This document shows, piece after piece, positions 54,841-64,000 of a stretch of DNA of 64,000 nt. This DNA comes from Tubiluchus corallicola (taxonomy: Eukaryota; Animalia; Priapulida). The position numbers and the translations under genes are program-made. Under the pieces are notes generated by a model, which saw only the letters and a program-made list of their open reading frames with translations, did not search any database and was not told where the DNA came from. Positions within the stretch are counted from its first letter, which is position 1, and every line of letters starts with the position of its first letter. The DNA lies in contig JAQGDQ010000391.1 of assembly GCA_030141605.1 (NCBI GenBank), positions 1 through 64,000 on the forward strand, given 5' to 3'.

Positions 54841-55359
54841 ATCTTTGCTTAAGTGGGTGCTGGGTACTATTTTAATTTACGAAAAGGTTATTTAAACAAT
54901 AATTATGGCCCACGATCAATAAATTGAATGAAATTGAGCTTGCTACAGTTAATATAACATTTAGCTTTATGACAAGACGTTTCAAAACACAAAGAACTTA
55001 GCTATCAACTTTTAGGAGTTATAAACATATTTCCTACCTTTTTACCAGGTGAATTATCTTTTCTATTTTGAAAACGTTCATTATTTTCATTAATTAGTTT
55101 ACCTGTTGATGACCAGACTCACTACACCTGTAATTAGCTAAGTAATACCGGTGTAATTGATGCTAAATCAACTTCGCCGAATATCATAACAGATTATCCC
55201 TCTTGTCGTAACAGAAATGTTATTGTGTTAGCCGGTTTTCTCTGCAAACTGGTCTGGTTTTGCCGCTTATCCAATATTTTCACTTGCGTGCAGTTTGTTA
55301 ACCTCCACCTCCAAACTATGCCAATGCCTCCTCCATGATTCGTGAATGTCTGAGCGGGT

Positions 55360-55769
55360 CAGGGACGGCTGTACCACTAGACAAACTAGGCAGTTGTCTT
55401 GAACACGAAATTCTAGGTGTAATTCTTTAATTTTCAAGTTGGGTAAATAGTATCAGTGCATATTTCACAGTAAGTGTTTAAGTGAATTTCTTGCTTCATT
55501 TTCATGCCAGAACGTATTATTCGTCGACTCTAAAACGTAGCTGTCCTCCCTCAACAAAGTACTCGCTTATTTTGGCTTCCTAAGATCTCAGACAGACACA
55601 TGCTCCGTGATTTTGCCTATAGTTTAGAAAATCAGAGCTAAGTAGCCGTTTGTAGCAACAGATCCTTCAAGTTGCCCCGGCGTGATAGAGACTCTGGGTG
55701 AAGGGGTTGAGGAGGGGGCGTTAAAAGTACTATTACAAGGGGGTGTCAAGCTACCTAGAGCCGCCCCAG
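55360..55769. mobile_element. Old hAT-type MITE
   Basis: Imperfect TIR CAGGGACGGCTGTA / TAGAGCCGCCCCAG; TSD GAGCGGGT / TAGCGGAT (6 of 8). Confidence 0.6.
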
Positions 55770-55994
55770 TAGCGGATTAAGACAAACACGCAAACTCTAT
55801 AAGCACTTATGCTGCACCAAAGTTGAAATTTTGATGATGGGTTCCTATTGTCAGAGTGACATTAATATGGCAGCTTGGAGGAATGCGTGCCTATCGTTCT
55901 ACTGGGCTGCGCATTTCTAGATTTTACCTGTCAGACTTGGAGGGTTAACTGCCTTGTTTGTATTTTCTGTATGAGTAGTGTTGTTAGTGTACAG

Positions 55995-56406
55995 TAGGGG
56001 TGAGCATTCTCTACCAGAAAGCGAATTCGAATCGAACCGAATTTGTGACTTTCGAATTCGAATCGAATCGAACTTCAGTGTTTCGAATTCGAACCGAATT
56101 CGAATTGAGATTGAACGATTTTCGAACAAGTTTTCGAACCACCAGTAAAAATTAATCTTACAAAGATCATGCGTATCACTAGATTTTGTTCTGCAATAAA
56201 ACGACTAGTAATTTCTTTAAAATTGTGCACAGAAATCACAGCTAAATTATGCTAATTGCATGTTGCTTCAATCGTTTTAGTGATCGGGAACATATGCGAT
56301 TGAAGTGCCGAATTATTCGAATCTATAGTTTTGGATTCGAATCGAGTTCGAACTAAAAAACGCGTTCGAGTCGAATTCGAACGTTCGCATTCGATGCTCA
56401 CCCCTA
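55995..56406. mobile_element. hAT-type MITE with TTCGAA-rich subterminal repeats
   Basis: TIR TAGGGGTGAGCAT / ATGCTCACCCCTA; perfect 8-bp TSD GTGTACAG. Confidence 0.9.
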
Positions 56407-56730
56407 GTGTACAGTAGATCTCCGAAGATTGTTTAAATTCCGTATTAGAAGAATGACGAGATTGTGTATTACATGCCGAACTATAGGAACTTTCTCTTTA
56501 AAGACATAACCCGGAAGAGGAGATTCAAAATCGCACCCCCCGATGCTACCGATTATGGATGTATTTCAAACGCTGCGTGGCTAAGCACAATCAAAACGTT
56601 TGCTTGCAGACACATGAAGTATTATACTCCCTATGAACTGACACAATATTGAAGATTGTGAACAATGAAATATAGAACAGAAAACTACAGAGGGTATTTC
56701 GCGCTGACAGTGTTTTTCACTATCTATAGA

Positions 56731-57485
56731 ATAGTTTTGAAATAGAAATAGAAAATGGAAAGCACAAATCACTCAATATGTTGGGTTTATTTTACTGTTA
56801 TCATTTAAACTTAGAAGAAGATAACAAAGAAATTTACAAGAAACTTTCTATAAATAATGGATCTAATAATTCTAATATTTCTAATAGTTTTGAAATTGAA
56901 ATAGAAAATGGAAAGCACAAGTCACTCAATGTGTTGGGTTTATTTTACTGTTATCATTTAAACTTAAAAGAAGATAACAAAGAAATTTACAAGAAACTTT
57001 CTATAAATCATAATTCTAAAACGTCTAAATTTTCAGGCGTGGTGGTTGCCGTCATTCGTTTAAAGATTATGACGTAACTGGAGGACTTCGTGACTTTTCG
57101 TAATCGCATCGTGGCTTTCCGTTAGTGCGGGCTGCTTAAATTAATTTAAACTGCTGCAGCTTGGCCAATATTCATGCAAAAATCTTACATAAACGGCTAT
57201 TTAATGTTTTTGTAAAAACTTAGATGCGTTTACACGTATCTAAGATAAACTTTTGACGAGATACGAGGAACTTTGACAGGGTGTTACTTTTCTTCAGGAC
57301 GAATGACGTCGTTGGTGGAAGAATGGGCATTGAAAATGGGAGTGCCCAAGCAGTGATCGCGACTTTAAAGTGATGTTGTCAATTACACGAAGCGCCTAGT
57401 GCAGTTTTATTGCTAAATCCTTCTAACATTTTTCACAAACATAAAAATATGCTTAACTTCCCAAAAGGCTTGGCCTCTTCTTGAA
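56731..57485 (+). mobile_element. MITE family D copy with ~150-bp tandem duplication of its left end
   Basis: Shared TTGGGTTTATTTTACTGTTATCA, TTTCAGGCGTGGTGGTTGCCG, CGAATGACGTC.TTGGTGGAAGAATGG; 56731-56880 repeated at 56884-57020. Confidence 0.72.
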
Positions 57486-60400
57486 AGCCACTGAAAAGAC
57501 GTTTAGCAACACAAGAACACGATAAGAAAAATATTGCCCCCAAAGCCCCTCTCAACTCAGAAAGAAGTCTATAAAATAATAAATGGTAATATTTACCATA
57601 AGCGTAATTCAGTAACACACAATAAATAATAGATTAGACGACCTTCACGCCAAATCATGTTCCATAATAGATTTCCACGTGTGAGGTAATTGGTCATTGA
57701 TATGCAAATACAATTTGTTTATGTAAACGAAAGGAAAAAGAAATTAATGAATAATATTGTAATCAATTACACCCAAGGCTGGACATGGTCGTAAACGCAT
57801 TAGAGGAGTAGCACCCTCAAGGAAAATTTGAAACATGCATCGTATAATTTTATAATACGTCACGAAAAATGCAATGGAATTCATAAAGCCATTATATCAA
57901 TCTAATGGTAGCGAATTTTATATTCCCTTGTAAACTACCAATCCTAGTACCTATTTAGTAACTAGTAATTTATTTATCTGGAAAACACTTACACAATTTA
58001 TGGAAACAGTAAAAAATATACAGTTAGTATGAATGATTATTTGATTATGATATGACAACATGCATATATCATTGATTTCAAGAACCAGAAGTAGAAATGT
58101 GTTAGTTGCTTGTAAGCATGTCCAAATAACTGAACAGAAAGAACAAAAAAACGAATGTTTCAGGCAGTGCAAAAGAAAAAAAAGATTTGCAAAACAAGCG
58201 TAGAAATGACGGACAAAGGAATGTTCAAAAGGATAGGAAGAGTGGCTTGTGATGATTGAGCTCAATAAGGTCAGAAAGCGCTCTATATTTTACGCTTAAG
58301 TCTATGTTTTACTAAAAAATACACAAGGTAATGACTGGTGTGTCACACAAGAACAACACGTAGTTATGGAGATTAATAGCAAATAGATATTGTTTAGATG
58401 ACATAGATAAGTACCAAACTACCAATCCTAGTATCCTCTACTAGACAGGACGCAGCCTGTAAGTAATTGTTTTTGAGGGTGTCAATGTTTTTTGACTGAT
58501 GTCTCTAAAATAAGCCAATAGAGGGCCACTTCGTACCTTGCATATTTTGCGAGTCAATTGACACATTTTGAATAATTATGCATAAATTCTAAGGATACCC
58601 ATAATTTTGTACAATTTCCATTGTCATTTGTATAAGATTAATAGCTATATTTGGTTCCATGGTTCGACTGGTATAAATTTCATTGTAAATAAATTTGGTT
58701 ACTCTAGCCCTATATCTACCAAATATTCGCAGGATATAGCAAAATATTTACTTGTTGTAATTGTGGCTATATAGACTAGTATCGAAATTGCAAATATATT
58801 GAGAAAATCAGCAAAATACAAAGTTTCCAGGTGATGTTTTGAGAACATATATTAAGTGAAGTTAAGTCAAAGAGAAAGATTTCCAAAACGAACTAATCAA
58901 AAAAACTTTGACATCCTCCTTTAACGAATTACTTATAAGATTTGCCTAGGAATTGATCTAGAAAACTTTAAGTAATTACTACTAAGATCTTTTCTAACTA
59001 TCAGTCGGGTAATTAGCAAGTCACAATCTGTAACTTTTTCTTGTGTATGAATCTTTGTGTTGAAATTTTAGTAAGTTCAGTGCACCTTGCCCAGCACAAT
59101 TGATCTTTATGGCATTGCATGCGATGCATTATAATAGAGGATATCATTACTTATCAGGTTCATGTAAGTACTTCGCTGTTCTGAAGATGAATTTTCCCAA
59201 AGCTTAATCTAGCTGAAAATTTAACCAATTTTAGTATCTCATCAAACCTCCAAAGTAGGAAAAGTTGTAAAAAGATTGGAGAAAAAAGTTATTTTCACCA
59301 CATCTCACCCTACTGTATAGGTATGTCTTTCAAATTACAACTCGAACAATAAAGAACCGATAAAAATATTACAGTTTTTATGATTAGTATTTCATTCCTT
59401 AGAGGCGTTTCGAATGTAGCTTGCTGAAATGTACTACCGGTGGATAGGAACATTGTAAAAGGATCAAAAATAGGAGTAATCGTAGTAATATATATAGTAT
59501 CGTATCTACTGTGTACAACGTAATTACAGACATAGTAGTGTTCCTCGTGTATATTGCCATAAGATAAGATAAAGATACGTTCCTGAAGACCAAGTCTTAG
59601 GACAGAGTTTTTCTTTTTTTACATAAAACAAAGATGACACGAACAGGATAAGACGACCTTGGTGTTTAAACCTCAAGGTCAGAAAGCAAAACATCGAAGT
59701 TACGCCAGTTCTTTAGCAACAACACCGAATCTCGGGTCACTCCAAAAGCGGGAAAGTCCAAAACTGAGAGGGATCTGGTTTAATGGTGTTTAGTGGACAA
59801 AAAAAAGCAAACGCTTGACATTTGGAAAATTGCCAAAATTTGATATTCCTACAATCCGTAAGAATAGAGTAAATGAGAAACGAGGTGCCAACGTATCAGG
59901 AAAAAATTGATTAATTCCTGTGAAATGAGGCCTAGTAGAGGAGCTGGGATTTGTTTGTTTCAACATGACAGAAACAGACCTGCCAACCATTTCGTCTAAT
60001 AATGAGTGTGATACGTAGAAAACCCGGAGGCAGGGGTCGTGGTGGGGTCAAATTATGCTCCAGTAGAATATCCAAATTAAACTATCAAAAAAGTGAGGCA
60101 GGAATTTAAAAAAATAAAGTAATATTTAGTACTGCTGAGCTCCTCTTGGTATTATGGCAGTTCACTATGTTTGTATATAAATATGTTCTATTAATTTATA
60201 TATAAATATAAATAAATTTAAATATGTATATATATATATAATGCGCGATAGTTTATTATAATCGTGCTCTCTAGAAAAACTTTTCATTAGCTTCGTCCGG
60301 ATGATAGTCATCGCCAATTTAATCATTTCGACACACCTTTAGCTTGCTTGCCTCTCACTTAAAAGGAGCGGGTTCAATTCTGGACAGAAGTCGAATCGTA

Positions 60401-60569
60401 CAAAAGCCTAAAAAGCGGTATCGCTCAATCTTTGTCGCCGTAACACGTCAAATACAGCTACAAGAGTGAATGGACACTTCTGGCTTTCATAGACCACGTC
60501 ATCATCAAAGAAATAGCTATTTAACGTGGGCCGGCTGGTCAATCATTTTGTAGTGAAGATACTACCACC

Positions 60570-60830
60570 GGGTTCATTAAAGTACGGTAAAATGAATAAG
60601 GCCTCAGAAAATTATAGAAAAATGAATAAGGCTTCACTAAATTATGGTGAAATTAATCAGGCTTCACTAAAGTGTGGTAAAATGAATAAGGGCTCACCAA
60701 AGTATGGTATAAACGAATACGGCTTCACTGAAGCATGGTAAAGATGAATAAGACTTCTCTAAAGTATGATAAAAATAAATAAAAGCTTCGCCAAGTATAA
60801 ATAAATAGTATGATAAAGTATGGTAAAAAT
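60570..60830. repeat. 30-bp minisatellite (GGCTTCACTAAAGTATGGTAAAATGAATAA), degenerate
   Basis: Direct inspection. Confidence 0.85.
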
Positions 60831-61290
60831 AAATATTTTCAATTTATAAACAATTTAAAAATAAATGAAACAAAATCAAATATAACGATAACAAAACGCA
60901 AACATTACCTTTTCAATACAGCTTCAGATAAATAAATGCTTTACTGTAACACTGGAAAGCATTGAGATGTTTCATTCTACACACTTTCTTGTTTTATCAA
61001 CTTTATCACTCAAACACACGATGCTAATAGTAATATACTAATAATGCTCGTAATGCACGGCAAAAAAAGTCAAGTGCCACTCTAAAGGCGCTGGACATTT
61101 CATTAATACGCATTCTCAAACAAGCATTTTTCCTCGTAAAAGTTAACTATCATAATAACTATTAATTTAATTAAAATTCATAAATTGAAATCACTAATAA
61201 GGAAAAACAGATTAAACTAGAAAAAAAAGCAATCCGAAACTTAGCTTCAGAATTTTACGATAACAGATTTTTTTCTGTGAATCGACTTAC

Positions 61291-61551
61291 CTCAAGCGAT
61301 AAGCAAATGTTTACAGCATTTTCTACAGATAATCACAATCCATGGTTTGCACAAAAAGTTTTGTCACGATAAATTTCTGGTACGTAGCAGGTATCTGGCT
61401 GGAACATCGACTTTAGAACTGGTTTTGATAGTCGGTCGCGTAACTGGAGCTACTATGATGCCGCTGTTCGGTTCAGGTGAGGCGTTCCTTACTGAGGCTC
61501 GTGATGTCTGTAACCAACGAATATAATTACTTGAAAGGATAGTCCTTTCAG
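61291..61551 (-). other. Candidate non-coding (5'UTR) exon, possibly of the ABCG gene
   Basis: Strong pyrimidine tract TTTATTTTGCATTTTACAG and GAG|GTAAGT donor; stops in all frames; the ABCG ATG exon has an acceptor, implying an upstream exon. Confidence 0.3.
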
Positions 61552-61866
61552 CTGTAAAATGCAAAATAAATAAAGATAGTTTCTGGCAGCCAGGACTCGA
61601 AGTTTTTAATTAAAGTAACTTCCCCACTAAACGTATGTACTGTTTTCCAAATTTCAACTAAAGCATCTCGTTAAAAAGCAACCTGTCAATTTAAACACAT
61701 TGACTGAAATCTTGGGCAGTTGTTTTCATTGCCTTTTCTCGGACAAAGATATTTAAGTCAAGCCTACATACGTATCAGTTCATTACAAGGCAATGTACTT
61801 ATCCATGACATAGCTCAAATGTTCCTACACTTTTAAATACACTTCCTCAGAACAAATTAACTACGC

Positions 61867-61990
61867 TTACATTGCATGTAATGTTACAATGTAAGAATTA
61901 TAACTCTAGATTACATTGCTGAACAAATTAATTGCTGTTACATTGCATGTAAGGTTACAATGCAAGAATTATAACTCTAGATTACATTGT
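61867..61990. repeat. ~70-bp period tandem duplication
   Basis: TTACATTGCATGTAA.GTTACAATG.AAGAATTATAACTCTAGATTACATTG present twice. Confidence 0.85.
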
Positions 61991-64000
61991 TGTAGGTATT
62001 CATAATTGTAACACTGTAGTAACTTTCGTTCTGAGTGTCACATTCATGCTGTTGTGAAATTGAGAAAGAGAGATACTACTTTCTCTGTCTGTGGGACAGT
62101 TGTTAATGTGCTTCAACCGGAAATAAACGGTCTATAGGTATATGGAGACCACTGCCATAGTGGTGTGTTGGTTATGAATTAAGTTGATGTCATTGCTCAT
62201 TCAGTAAATAAGTTCATCTCATGGATGCTGGTACGTAACGTATTACGGGCATTATGGACATTTGGTGACTAGGAGATTTGGTGACTAAACTGCCCGGACA
62301 CCGTATGGAAAGCTTCAATAATACAAACGAAGAGGAAATCTGGACAATGGACAATGCGACGCAGCTTTGAATAGCGTTTCCCCAAAGAAGTTGATTAAGG
62401 ATGTTCCTTTTAAGGATCACATGTGCTAAAATAAAAAAATCGTTATATCCCAAGGCTCGAGATATATTACTAACCGAACTCTGTACTTTACTAATTCCTC
62501 CTAATATTAGAATTTATAATCTGTGAACAAATGAACTCGTTTATCTGTCTTTTTCTTGGTAACCAACACAACTGTTAATATTCAATTTATTTAAGCTTCT
62601 ACAGAAATTCATATTTCTAACTAACCGCTTCTAATCATTGTATTGGTTTATATTGATTACATAGTAATATTAATGTTTTTCTCAACATTATGCTACTATG
62701 TACGTGTCTATACTGTTAGTAATCATACTGTAATGCTTCTACTGTTTGTCTATTGTCTGCATTCTACTAAGTGTGACGTTTCATTGACAAGAACAGTTAT
62801 CAGTTGTTAAAAACTGTCTGTTCAAGCAATATTGCAACATTTTTATTCAGAAAAAAACATGTTTAAACAAAAATAAAAAACTATGGAATGGAACGAACTC
62901 GAACAAATGTTGGCGAAAAAAGATCTTCTTACACCATCAAGAAAACTTTGTGCCACGAAGAATTAGCAAACTTTTTTGAATAACGTTGAATTAAGTATGT
63001 CAGTACCAGAAGAGCTCACTAAGCAGTGAAATGCTTATTTCCATACAAGGTTTATTCAATTTGCTCGAACTTACGATGCTACCAACGCACTAATGACGGT
63101 TGTGACGCAGGGCAAAAAACAGTTAAATCCAGTCAAAGGAGCGCATGAAATTTCATTAATACGCAGCCAACCAAACATTTTTTTCATGGTAAAAATTAAC
63201 GTAGCAAATAATTGTACATTTAAACAAAATTGTGAATAATTTATTAATAAAATCATAGATAACTGAATTAAAAATCAAAATCATTCAATCAGCTCTCATG
63301 TTTTGTGTATTGAAAGAGGGAGTTTCGTTAAACCTAGAAAAATCCCGGCTGAGAATCGTATATTCCAAGAAATGAAGTGGAAGACGAATTACACTTTGTT
63401 GTAAAATGTCCATATTACAATGATCTTAGAGGAAAATTATATAACCTCTTGAATGTACTTATACCAGAAATTTCCTTTATGAGCGCTGCTGCTAAAGTTT
63501 TATTCCTGATGGAAAGTAATGATTTAGAAGTAATTAAGTATTAGAAGCAATAGAAGTATTAGAAGTAATTAAGCAACATATATTGATTATGTTGAAAAAG
63601 TGTTTTTAAGATACGATGAACAATATACTATGTAATGATCATATCAATGAAAATGAGGCCTAATGAATGACAATTCATTTTAAATACTAAACAATAAACT
63701 TTTCATTTAAATAACTAATATATAACTAACGGGAAGATTTAATAATATTTGCCTTATTAATGGTTGTCTTGTTTGTCTATAGTGTCATTATATTTCAAAA
63801 TTGAAATTCTATGTATGTCTTGCTTTGTTTGTCTTTTTAATACTAATAAACTTATCTAAATATCTAGGTAAAAAGAGAACTCATATTCATCACTGTTATT
63901 TTTATAATTTTTCTTATTTTTGTGACGAAAGCATCTTTTTTGAAATAGAAAAACAACAGAAGCTGCAGCAAGACCACCATCACCAGCAGTAGCGACAACG

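Overview
AT-rich eukaryotic (most likely invertebrate animal) genomic DNA, not prokaryotic. One protein-coding gene is well supported: a minus-strand ABCG half-transporter with 9 coding exons (44411 to 32907). I spliced it by hand through GT-AG introns into one uninterrupted frame of 941 aa. It has an intact Walker A (GHSGAGKT), Walker B and H-switch, but a degenerate signature (LATGE) like ABCG5, an unusual D-loop (TTDME) and a ~310-aa N-terminal extension. The rest is a dense mosaic of repeats. These include non-autonomous DNA transposons (several TTAA-AGG Kolobok-type MITE families, hAT MITEs with 8-bp TSDs, a piggyBac-type MITE, palindromic MITEs), 5'-truncated LINE ends, a decayed Penelope-like element, minisatellites and long microsatellites. 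Microsatellites account for most long ORFs in the track. The most unusual non-genic structure is a CRISPR-looking array at 2.1-3.4 kb: a 72-bp core carrying a splice donor and a small hairpin, separated by variable tetranucleotide microsatellites. Several possible non-coding minus-strand exons are flagged at low confidence. I found no convincing evidence of a new multi-gene system.
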